In this document: piece after piece, positions 1 through 8,111 of the stretch
Position numbering within the stretch: the first letter of the stretch is position 1
Layout of the letters: the number at the start of each line of letters is the position of its first letter
Source: Gemmatimonadota bacterium
GTDB taxonomy: Bacteria; Gemmatimonadota; Gemmatimonadetes; Gemmatimonadales; GWC2-71-9
Assembly: GCA_036679605.1 (NCBI GenBank)
Contig: JAZDCZ010000320.1
Coordinates: 1-13,988 of the forward strand
Direction: 5' to 3'
Length of the DNA: 13,988 nucleotides
Program-made: the position numbers and the translations under genes
Notes under the pieces: model-generated
The model's input: only the letters and a program-made list of their open reading frames with translations
Database searches by the model: none
Told to the model about the DNA's origin: nothing

Positions 1-74
1 CCGAAAGCTGACGAATCACGCGAACCAACGAGGGGCCGAAAGGTCCCTTTCTTCCGCCCCGACCGAACCAAGGT

Positions 75-833
75 TTGTGGGAGAACCCGGGTCAAATAAT
101 GTGGGACTTAGCACCCAATGACATGTTGGCGTCGAAGAGCGTCAATTACTCCGTCGCGACGACAGACCCGTTGGCGAGCTACTGGGATTCCGCGCTGCTG
201 AGCTTCTTCAGCGTCGGGAAATACCTCAGCATCAACCTGAATGCCGGTGCGACGACGAAGATCTACTCCGGGCAATGCTCGAAGCAGACGAACCCGGATA
301 CTGGGGTGGAGTCGCCAGCATACGTGCTCAAGGGTATCAACGGCACGTTCACGTTTTACATGCCGCTCGACCGCGGTAACATGAAACCCGGCCTCAGGGG
401 CGCGCAATACGTCTTTCAGCAATCCTACGGCGTCAATCTTACGCCAGCCGGGCCCGCTGACGATGAAGGCTTGCTGCAAGACGATATCTGGGAGGCATTC
501 TGCCGCGGCGTAGCGCTGGACGGTGTTTCGGAGACGCCGATCACCAACGGCGAATCAACCACCGCATGGAACCACTTTGCCGATTGGTATAAGGCAGGGA
601 GCATCTGCCACTACTACGCGAAGTTCCTCCACTACAGCACCATCGACGGCACAGACAGCCGCACGAGCGGCACGCCGATCTTATACAACAACGCGGCTTA
701 CGGCTTTAGTTTGGACGAAGACCCGAATGGGCCGTATTCCGGACCGAACGTACCATCGAAGACCCCGCAAAACGTCCCGGACGGTTCCACCCTTAAGGTC
801 AACGTAGGGCCTTGGGATACAGCGGCGGAGTGA
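75..833 (+). CDS. GH64-like (beta-1,3-glucanase/thaumatin-fold) protein, apparently only the C-terminal ~250 aa
   Basis: C-terminal HYYAKFLH...IDG...AYGFSLDE resembles the GH64 motif NHYxxxxH...DGxAYGFxxDD. Early LAP...LASYWDS resembles the GH64 mid-region. There is an in-frame TGA at 9-11 and no clear RBS, so the start is uncertain. Confidence 0.6.
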   Translation: MWENPGQIMWDLAPNDMLASKSVNYSVATTDPLASYWDSALLSFFSVGKYLSINLNAGATTKIYSGQCSKQTNPDTGVESPAYVLKGINGTFTFYMPLDRGNMKPGLRGAQYVFQQSYGVNLTPAGPADDEGLLQDDIWEAFCRGVALDGVSETPITNGESTTAWNHFADWYKAGSICHYYAKFLHYSTIDGTDSRTSGTPILYNNAAYGFSLDEDPNGPYSGPNVPSKTPQNVPDGSTLKVNVGPWDTAAE

Positions 834-906
834 GCGATCCGAATCTCGCGGAGAAGGACCACTTGTACTTGTCACGCGGTGATGGGACCACCGTCCCAAT
901 CCGGAA

Positions 907-950
907 GGCCTCAGTTCGGCTCCCGTGGTCACGTTTCCAGCTCCCGCCAC
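907..950 (-). mobile_element. Probable group II intron 3' (domain VI region) fragment
   Basis: The minus strand reads GTGGCGGGAGCTGGAAACGTGACCACGGGAGCCGAACTGAGGCC. This resembles the sequence following domain V in bacterial group II introns with a long domain VI. No intact domain V or RT ORF is seen. Confidence 0.4.
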
Positions 951-1275
951 TCCGGTCGATGCATTCCGGAAAGTCCGGTACCAGAGGCTGATGTTAATTT
1001 GTCCCGTTTCTTCGACTGTATCCGGGGGCGCCGTGCTGTTTTTCTCTCCTGCCACGCTGTCGGCGGAATCGGCACTACCAGAGTTTCCATCGTACCCCCT
1101 CGCAACCGCACATGCCCCGTGATTCGCCCGCCTTGATGATTGTCACGTCCTCAATCACCAGACGTACCATCCTCTTTCATTCTTGGCTCGGTGTTCGTGG
1201 AGATCGCCAGACTTTGGGAAAGTTTTTCGCCAACTCAAGGATCTCCGCCTCGTTCTGGAGCTAGCCCGCGGGTAG

Positions 1276-1410
1276 TCACAGTGGCTTCCGGACACCCAGG
1301 AAGCCTCCTTCGTGACCCTGCTCCCCCATGTCGGCCAAGCGCTCGTCGTATCGGCAAACAGAGACCAGCTCGATGTGATTGACTTCGACTCCGATTCGCC
1401 GACCTTCGGC
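1276..1410 (+). pseudogene. Possible fragment of a beta-propeller (YncE/YVTN-like) surface protein
   Basis: The frame reads ...ASFVTLLPHVGQALVVSANRDQLDVIDFDSDSPTFG, a blade-like pattern with VIDxDxxSPTF. It is bounded by an upstream TAG at 1273-1275. Confidence 0.2.
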
Positions 1411-1773
1411 TTGAGCATCTCTGCCAACTGTAGAACCTGTTCACCCGGAAAAGCACAGTGGTCCGCTTGCGCGGTAGTTTTGAACCTCCGCAGGCTGCCG
1501 CCGAATCTCCTCCTCGTACGCTCAACGCCTCGACCCTGCTCGGCGATGGCCTCATGGAGCCAGGTTTGGCGCCCGCAGAGCCACCTACGGCCCCTTTTGG
1601 GAAACGAGTGTCCTCTCCAGAGGACAAAAGGCAGCCGTCGAATCACAGTGCTTGCCCGCGAGGCCCGTAAGACATAACATGAGGCGAGTCGGATGGGGCC
1701 ACTCAAACCCGGGACAGTCGACTGACCCCGAACCCAGAAGAATGGTATTGAGAATACAGTATTGGAGGATTCG

Positions 1774-2964
1774 ATGAACAACCCACGTCAGAAGGCGCGC
1801 AGGCTTGCGGACACGGCTCTTCTCTTTCTGCTTTGCCTCGGATTTCTCGCGATCCTTCCAATCCCCGGGCACTCTCAAGACAAGAAGCTGGCGAGACAGG
1901 CACTCCAAATGCCGTTCGAGCTCCTCACCAAGAGCGACTTCGGTCCTCGCACCAGCATCAAGAACCTCATCGCGCGCGATGACGTCAGGGGGGTCGCGGT
2001 GACCTTTGTCGCCTCATTCATAGACAGCTTCGAACGAACCGCACCGGAAATCGACAAGCTCTACCGGAGCTACCGGAGCCGAGGCGTGGTCATCCTCATC
2101 TCTGTCGAGCCTAGCTCGGGATCTAAGGCCATAAAGCGGATCCTCAAGGACAAAGACATCAAGGCTCCGGTTAGCCTCACAGGTAAGCAATGGAATCCGT
2201 TCCAGAATCTCGCGGGCGAAAAGAATCATAATAGCTGGCCGTGGACGTTTTACGTCGACAAGAAAGGAACGTTCGTTGAGATCACCCAGGGGACGCCGCG
2301 AGCGACGATGCTCAATGCAATCGCGGGTGAGGAAGGGACCGGACCAGCGGAAGACACCGGAAACTCGACGAGCCCGATCGGCAATGAATCGCTCGAGCTA
2401 AGGATCCAGTCATTGGCGGAGATTCATGTGACGCGCCCCAAGGACAAGACCTGGACATTCGAGGGAATTCCTGAGCCGGGAAGTCCGTTCGGCCGGATCC
2501 TGCTCGTCAAGCCGAAGGACAATCGAGGAGCTCCGGGTCTCTCGGGTGGGATGCGCACGGGTGTCGAGATCCTCGCATACCTCGAACACTACGAGGCGAT
2601 CGTTCTCGTAGGCACCCTCGACCGCAAGGTCCACACCGGCTTTGGAACCGGCGCTGTCGTCGATCCGGGAAGCAAGTCCCAGATCATGTCGGCCCAGCTA
2701 GCTCTGTTCGAGCAAGGATTGTCGAAGGTCGCCGGAGCCCAAAAGGCGAGCAATAGTCGGCTGGGCGGACAGAACGCCGGACGTCTCAAGCTGATCGGTG
2801 TCACTTCGTCGAAGGAGAAGTACGATATCAATGCCTACTGCGTTCCATTGCGGAACTACACCTACCTCGTGACGTTTGCTCATCCGAAGACGGCCGGAAA
2901 GGAGATAAAGAGCGCGATCGCCGAGATCCGCAAGGCGATCCGGTTCGAGCGCGGCCGGTCTTGA
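1774..2964 (+). CDS. Exported protein: signal peptide + TlpA/redoxin-like thioredoxin fold lacking CxxC + unknown C-terminal domain
   Basis: GGAGG at 1764-1768 precedes ATG 1774. The N-terminus is basic then hydrophobic (ALLFLLCLGFLAILP). FVASFIDSFERTAPEIDKLYRSYRSRGVVILISVE and WPWTFYVDKKG align by eye with TlpA FWASWCxxC..E.P.L..LY..Y...GV and .P.TF.ID..G. Confidence 0.75.
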   Translation: MNNPRQKARRLADTALLFLLCLGFLAILPIPGHSQDKKLARQALQMPFELLTKSDFGPRTSIKNLIARDDVRGVAVTFVASFIDSFERTAPEIDKLYRSYRSRGVVILISVEPSSGSKAIKRILKDKDIKAPVSLTGKQWNPFQNLAGEKNHNSWPWTFYVDKKGTFVEITQGTPRATMLNAIAGEEGTGPAEDTGNSTSPIGNESLELRIQSLAEIHVTRPKDKTWTFEGIPEPGSPFGRILLVKPKDNRGAPGLSGGMRTGVEILAYLEHYEAIVLVGTLDRKVHTGFGTGAVVDPGSKSQIMSAQLALFEQGLSKVAGAQKASNSRLGGQNAGRLKLIGVTSSKEKYDINAYCVPLRNYTYLVTFAHPKTAGKEIKSAIAEIRKAIRFERGRS

Positions 2965-3507
2965 GGATTTGCGCCCCGCGATGCTACGATGGCTCCCGTC
3001 GCGTCGATCTCGGCCGATCTCTTGGACTGAAGTTTTCATGAAGAACCTCGACGTTTTGAACGCCGCGGTCTCGGTCACGAACCACTCATATGAAGACGTC
3101 GCGCCGCTCAGCTCGCGCCTGCGGCCCATCGAGCTCTCACCCGTTTTCGTCTTACTGAATGGCTCCCCATTCATGCGTCAAAAGCGAACTGCTCTCCGTG
3201 TTCGAGTCACACATGCTTTCGGGATACCCCATTCGTGGCACGCCAACTTCGGACCAACGATCTTCGATCACTTCGATCGGCTCGGCCGGCCGGCAATCCA
3301 AACCCCAAAAGACTCACCGTGCATCAAACCGTGGGAAACCTGATCGTTAATTGCGTGGGCTTTGGGCAAATCGGATGCGAGCCGACGACACTCGTGGACG
3401 ACGTCAAGAACTCGTTGCCGTTGAGTTTCCCCTGGCCCGAAGCAATGTACGTGAACGGCGACGTCACGGTGGATACATTCGCCACGCTAGATCTGAACGG
3501 TATCAAC

Positions 3508-3523
3508 GTCTATTAGTCTATTA
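3508..3523. repeat. Perfect 8-bp tandem duplication GTCTATTA x2
   Basis: Directly visible. It creates the TAG at 3514-3516, and removing one copy fuses the two flanking frames. Confidence 0.9.
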
Positions 3524-3642
3524 CACCGGGGCGCTTATAGGGGCGAACCCCGGAGCGAATCTCGTGCAGGTCGAGCAAACGCTCTATGGGGACTTCAACG
3601 GGGACTGCGCTTAGCAGCCCATCGAGTTTCTTCGTCTGCAGC

Positions 3643-3666
3643 AAATCATCAAATCATCGAATCATC
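3643..3666. repeat. 8-bp tandem triplet AAATCATC-AAATCATC-GAATCATC
   Basis: Directly visible. Removing two copies (16 bp) restores CAA ATC ATC ACC GGG (QIITG). Confidence 0.85.
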
Positions 3667-4136
3667 ACCGGGATAAACCCCTACGACCCGCTTTACGACT
3701 TCGACTGCGACGGGGTAATCAACGACCAAGTCGAAAAGAACCAGTGGCTGGACAACTGGTTCAACGGTGTGCTCCCCTGTGATCAGCAAGCTACGGCGGC
3801 GGGAGATGGGACAATCCTCACCAACGACGAATTAGAATCGCTGGCCAAGTGGATGGATCTCCTCCGACATGACGGCCACCGAGTTGGCGCAGTCTGCGAA
3901 TCTGCTATACGCCAAGGCTGACGCGCAAGGCGGGACACCGCTCGGCCACGAAATCGCCATACTGGCAGCCAAGCTGGCCGAGCGAAAACAAGACGTGCCC
4001 GTGGTTATCCGAAAACTCGAATGTCCTTCCAAGGAATGATTTACGAATTCCCGCCGAAGGCGGCACAACCAACGGATGAACACGACGCCCAGGCCCCCTC
4101 CCTCGGCGAAAGCCTCTGATCGAACGGCGGGGAGTG

Positions 4137-6017
4137 TCACTCGACCGCTCTTGTACCATCCAGGCGGTACCATATGCGACGCATTGTTGCCAGTACTACG
4201 AAAAACATCACCGCGAGGTACCAAGGATTGCTCAGGATCTCAATCCAGTTGGTCAGTGAGCTCATCTGATCTTTCAGGCTCGAGAGTAGAGTATGGTCAT
4301 CTTCTGAGGTGAACAACATCTTTGCCTGTGCAAAACTCGCCCATAGAAGAGTGATGACCAGCTGCGAGTAGAACATTCGCAAGGTGTTGCTGATGATATA
4401 CGCCGCATTGCTGCTCTGCCGCTTAAACCGATGCTCCGCAGTATCGATCAAACGCTGAACCCGATACAGTCCGTTGGACACTCCCTCATACATCTGCTCA
4501 AGATGCACCATGACTTCGGGCCGACTGAGTCGCTCGAACTGGGCCTGGAGACGCAGTCCGGCTCTGATGCCGGCTTTGCGCTGGTATCTCCTGAATTCCT
4601 TGTAGTGGTCGAGCCTGTGGTCCAACCTGGCCGCCAGACTATCGGCCAACATAGTGGAACGGATCATGCGCAATGTGTTCAAGTTCATGGGAATTCGATA
4701 CTCCCGCGCCAGCCTGAACACATCGAGCCAGATGTTGGCGGAGGTCCGTTCCCACCAGGCGGACTGCTTGCTCTGAATTGCATAGAGATCCCGCCAGAAG
4801 ATCGCCTCAAGGCGACCCGAAAACTCATCCACGTCGATGCGTGGCAGAGGCTCGAGTAGCGCTATCGTCGCCTGGACCATTCCGCCAACGTCTTCGACAC
4901 TCTGCCTGTTTAGTAATTGCCGCCAAATGTGGCGCTCACGCTCGGTGAAGGCCCCACAAGAGCCAAAGTCGATGAAAACCAGCCTGCTTTTCGGCCGAAC
5001 GATGATGTTAGCCGAGTGCAGGTCAGCGTGAAAGAACCATCCCTCCTGCCCCGAGAACCAAGTGACTTCCGTCAAACGACGGGCAAGTTTCTTCGGGTTG
5101 ATCCGCTGCTCCTCGAGTTGTGCCATGGCGGCGTGGTCGTCACTCTCGATGATGCGCAAGACGTCGGACATCGAGAGCCCGGCAACGAACTCGGTGACGA
5201 GTACTTCGTCGCTGGACAACGTGGGATAGGTACGGGGGGCCCGAACATATTTTAGGCCGCTTTGGCGGGCCTGGCGTCGGAAGAGCTCGAGGTACCGTTC
5301 CTCCCGGCGAAAGTCCAGCTCTTCAAACAGCATCGTCCTGAGTTCGAAAATCAGATTCCGAGAGAATTCGGGCGGAATCAAGTACACCTCGGCCACCTTC
5401 AATATCCACTCAATAGCGCGCATGTCCGCCGCGAACACCTCGACGATGCCGGGGCGGCGCACCTTGACCGCCACTCGAGCCCCACCAGCCAACTCGGCCT
5501 GGTACACACAGGCTACCGACCCCGTTCCGATCGGAATCGGGTCGAAGCTTGAAAAAACCTCGTCCATGGATTTGCCGGTCGCCTTCTCGATGGCGGGGAT
5601 GGCTGCGGACAGATCGAAGGCCGGGGTCTTGTCCAGCAGCTTCTCTAGCTCCGTGGTGTATTCAATGGGCAAAAGATCACTGCGGATCGCCATCTGCTGG
5701 CCAATTTTGGTGAAAGTGGCGCCGAGTCCCTCCAGGATTTCGCGTAAGTGCACCGCCCGCCGACTTGGCGCGTCGCGGCGGAGCAGCCAGTCAACGACCA
5801 TGCGAAACGCGAACCAACAGAGGGCGCAAGCGCACAACACCAGCCGAAAAGCCGTGCGCAGGACGCCGGCGTGGACCTTCAGCTCCTTACGTTGAGGCAG
5901 TCCAGTCACCGGAAGATTGTCGAAGCTGGGCGAACGCGGCATGCGTTTCCACAGGGAAGCGTACCTCTCGGGGAGGTCCTTCGGTGATGACGTCTGCGAG
6001 CGATTGAGTCGTTTCAC
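4137..6017 (-). CDS. ABC1/AarF/UbiB-family atypical kinase with C-terminal membrane helices
   Basis: Motifs LGATFTKIGQQMAIRSDLLP (KxGQ), IGTGSVACVYQA, VAVKVRRP, EELDF, FFHADLHSANI and IDFG, plus hydrophobic C-terminal segments. The GTG start is uncertain. Confidence 0.93.
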   Translation of the reverse strand: MKRLNRSQTSSPKDLPERYASLWKRMPRSPSFDNLPVTGLPQRKELKVHAGVLRTAFRLVLCACALCWFAFRMVVDWLLRRDAPSRRAVHLREILEGLGATFTKIGQQMAIRSDLLPIEYTTELEKLLDKTPAFDLSAAIPAIEKATGKSMDEVFSSFDPIPIGTGSVACVYQAELAGGARVAVKVRRPGIVEVFAADMRAIEWILKVAEVYLIPPEFSRNLIFELRTMLFEELDFRREERYLELFRRQARQSGLKYVRAPRTYPTLSSDEVLVTEFVAGLSMSDVLRIIESDDHAAMAQLEEQRINPKKLARRLTEVTWFSGQEGWFFHADLHSANIIVRPKSRLVFIDFGSCGAFTERERHIWRQLLNRQSVEDVGGMVQATIALLEPLPRIDVDEFSGRLEAIFWRDLYAIQSKQSAWWERTSANIWLDVFRLAREYRIPMNLNTLRMIRSTMLADSLAARLDHRLDHYKEFRRYQRKAGIRAGLRLQAQFERLSRPEVMVHLEQMYEGVSNGLYRVQRLIDTAEHRFKRQSSNAAYIISNTLRMFYSQLVITLLWASFAQAKMLFTSEDDHTLLSSLKDQMSSLTNWIEILSNPWYLAVMFFVVLATMRRIWYRLDGTRAVE

Positions 6018-6209
6018 ATCAATTCAGTAGTGTCCGGTGTTTTTCTACCGCCTCTGAACCCTCGCGGCATGCTGCCCTCCAATGATGTCGACGACGATTC
6101 GCCCGCTTCTCCTCCCCACCATCTCGATCATTCTCGACGAAGAGAATTGGTCGCACATCAAACAACCACCACCATCTATTCCATGACCTTACAGGCACGG
6201 GAGGAAAAA

Positions 6210-6520
6210 ATGGAGCGCTCGAAATCCAACGCGACGATGAAGACCGTGAGGAAGCAAAAAGTCAATAAAATGGATCGAAAGCGGGGTGTCCTGGCCGATC
6301 TGGAGATTCGCCGGGGAGCGGGTAGCGATCGAATGGAAAACATCATGAGGCTTGTCAGCTTTCGTCCAGACGACCGCCAGATTTATCGATGCCTGACCAA
6401 TCGCTTTGATCTTTCTCCTTTCACCATCGCAAACCTTTACCGAGCCCCATGGGCTATTGAGAAGCCTTTCAAGTGGCTCTTCTCAAATCTTGATGGATGG
6501 ATCTCTCATCGACACAACAA
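6210..6520 (+). mobile_element. IS4-family transposase remnant (C-terminal catalytic region)
   Basis: GVLAD..I...MRLVSF...YRCLTNRFDLSPFTIANLYRAPWAIEKPFKWL resembles IS4 LTN..DL....IA.LY..RW.IE.FFK (YREK). The signature Arg is replaced by Pro, the N-terminus is missing, and no IRs were found. Confidence 0.8.
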
Positions 6521-6531
6521 AACGCCGGACA

Positions 6532-6786
6532 CTACCCTGACATTAATTGTAGGATTGCCTGTTCAAGGGTCGCCACCGAGTGGAAGACCTCGACAGTGAG
6601 CAACGAGTCGGGAAAATCGACGTCGAACTCGCCTTCGATATCAAGCATCAGGTTGATGGCGTTCATCGAGTCGAGTCCCAAGTCCGCGAGCTTGGCCGAT
6701 GGTTCGACATCCTCGCCCTCACCGACCCGAGGGAGATACTCACGCAAGATACCTACTAACCTGTCACACGTGCATAGCTCGTTCAC
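6532..6786 (-). CDS. Stand-alone acyl/aminoacyl carrier protein
   Basis: Acidic 84-aa protein with the LADLGLDSM phosphopantetheine motif and IEGEFDVDFPD. The GTG at 6786 overlaps the upstream TAG and is preceded by GGAAGGA. Confidence 0.93.
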   Translation of the reverse strand: MNELCTCDRLVGILREYLPRVGEGEDVEPSAKLADLGLDSMNAINLMLDIEGEFDVDFPDSLLTVEVFHSVATLEQAILQLMSG

Positions 6787-8111
6787 TATATTTTCCTTCC
6801 ATCGGTCAGGGTGCACACTGCGTCAGCGGGATACGGAAGATCTATGCTCTCCCCGCAATCCAAGCCTCTTGGATCCAGTAAGCGGTGGCCGCCCTTCAAT
6901 TGGTGAAGGGAGACCACCGATCCGTCGCGATGCGCGATCTCGAGCGGCGCTGGGTGGCTGAGGAAGTTGCACAAGCTGGCGGTCAGTCCATACGCACCGA
7001 CATTTCGAATCTGGACCCGATCGCCTACCTTCACAATTGGCATCGCCGCCCGCCCTGCCAAGCAGTCGAGCGGACTGCACAACGGCCCGACCACGGCGAC
7101 CTTGGTCTCCGACGGCCGACCAACGTCAAGTGGCATAATTGAGAGTCCGCGTGGAATACGGCCGAGTCCGGACATGCCGCCCAAGTGGTGGATTCCAGTG
7201 TCAAGGATGATGTAGTCGCGTCCTTGTCTGGAACGCTTCACATCCATGACTGTGGCAAGCAAGGTGCCGGACGAAGCTGCGATGTAGCGTCCAGACTCAA
7301 ACCAGAGGGTGGCCGTCGCCGTCCTGCGCCGCCTACGCGACAAGCTGTCCAAGGCCGTCCTGAGTGGTGCAAGCGACTCTCCTTGGCCGGGTGTGCCGTA
7401 GGGCCACGGAAATCCGCCGCCAATGTCAAGGATGTCAAAGTGGATGTCGAGTCCAGCGCTGATTCGCTCCGCGGTCTCGATAGCGGCTCCGAACGCTTCC
7501 GCCAGCGCCTCACAATCTGGGATCTGCGTTCCGAAGTAGAGATGCAGCCCGGACAAGTGGAGGCGATCACGAAAGGCCGCAAGTCGGTTAGCCCCCGACA
7601 AGACCTGCTTCTCGACCAGACCGAAATGCGTCGATCCACCGGCCATGGACAAGCCGGCACGAGGCGCCATTGCGGGGTTGACACGCAGGAGCACCTGGAC
7701 CGGGGTGCAGTTCGGTCCAACATTACGGTAAAGACGCTCGAAGTCGACCCACGACTCGACGGAGAACAGAACAACACCGGCTTGCAGGGCGGCGCGCAAC
7801 TCTCGTTCGGTCTTGGCTGGCCCCGTGTACAATACATGTTCGGGCGCAAAACCCGCGTCGAGCGCGACCTGGAGCTCGCCGACCGATGACACCTCGGCCC
7901 GGCACACGCGCCTGCACGCCGCATCCACGATAGCCGGCAGCGGGTTAGCCTTCAAGGAATACAGTAGGTTTGCCCCACGAGGCAGAACGGCGAACAGTTC
8001 GTCAATCCTCTGCTCGACTGCAGCAAGATCATAGACGTACAGCGGCGAGCCAAACTCGGATATCAGCCGATGCCCCAGCTCGGAGCTGGCAGACTCGTCG
8101 TTCAAGCTCAT
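6786..8111 (-). CDS. Fold-type III PLP-dependent decarboxylase (LysA superfamily, BtrK/VinO-like)
   Basis: Motifs SPLYVYD, YSLKANP (PLP Lys), HLYFGTQ, DIGGGF, FESGRY, GPLCSPLD and GAYG. It has an ATGA overlap with the upstream ligase. Confidence 0.92.
   Translation of the reverse strand: MSLNDESASSELGHRLISEFGSPLYVYDLAAVEQRIDELFAVLPRGANLLYSLKANPLPAIVDAACRRVCRAEVSSVGELQVALDAGFAPEHVLYTGPAKTERELRAALQAGVVLFSVESWVDFERLYRNVGPNCTPVQVLLRVNPAMAPRAGLSMAGGSTHFGLVEKQVLSGANRLAAFRDRLHLSGLHLYFGTQIPDCEALAEAFGAAIETAERISAGLDIHFDILDIGGGFPWPYGTPGQGESLAPLRTALDSLSRRRRRTATATLWFESGRYIAASSGTLLATVMDVKRSRQGRDYIILDTGIHHLGGMSGLGRIPRGLSIMPLDVGRPSETKVAVVGPLCSPLDCLAGRAAMPIVKVGDRVQIRNVGAYGLTASLCNFLSHPAPLEIAHRDGSVVSLHQLKGGHRLLDPRGLDCGESIDLPYPADAVCTLTDGRKI

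Larger units (their letters stand above)
3290..4039 (+). pseudogene. Fragmented C-terminal part of a secreted protein with a dockerin-like/EF-hand Ca-binding pair
   Basis: The reading frame can be rebuilt across the lesions: ...LDLNGINVY/YTGALIG...LYGDFNGDCA*QPIEFLRLQQII/TGINPYDPLYDFDCDGVIND...ELESLAKWMD/SDMTATELAQSANLLYAKA...*. Lesions are duplications at 3508-3523 and 3643-3666, TAG at 3612-3614, and a probable frameshift near 3860. The 5' boundary is approximate. Confidence 0.65.

Noticed and set aside
3..47. Hammerhead-like words (CTGACGA ... GAAA) and a GGGGCC-GAAA-GGTCCC hairpin
   Set aside because: The bases after CTGACGA do not pair with those before GAAA to form stem II, and the context is cut by the window edge.
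1155..1781. 208-aa minus-strand ORF and other overlapping ORFs in 840-1780
   Set aside because: No recognisable motifs, Arg/Ser/Pro-rich shadow-like composition and no RBS.
2061..2078. 9-bp tandem repeat CTACCGGAG x2
   Set aside because: It is in frame (YRSYRS) and matches the normal LYxxYxxxG spacing of TlpA-like proteins.
4051..4063. CCGCC-GAA-GGCGG hairpin as a terminator between convergent genes
   Set aside because: Only a 5-bp stem and no adjacent U-tract.
6030..6599. 189-aa ORF as a functional transposase
   Set aside because: Only the middle part resembles IS4, the YREK Arg is lost, and the tail overlaps the ACP gene antisense.
6786..8111. Calling the decarboxylase lysA
   Set aside because: Translational coupling to a ligase and an ACP points to a carrier-bound substrate (BtrK/VinO type) rather than housekeeping lysine synthesis.
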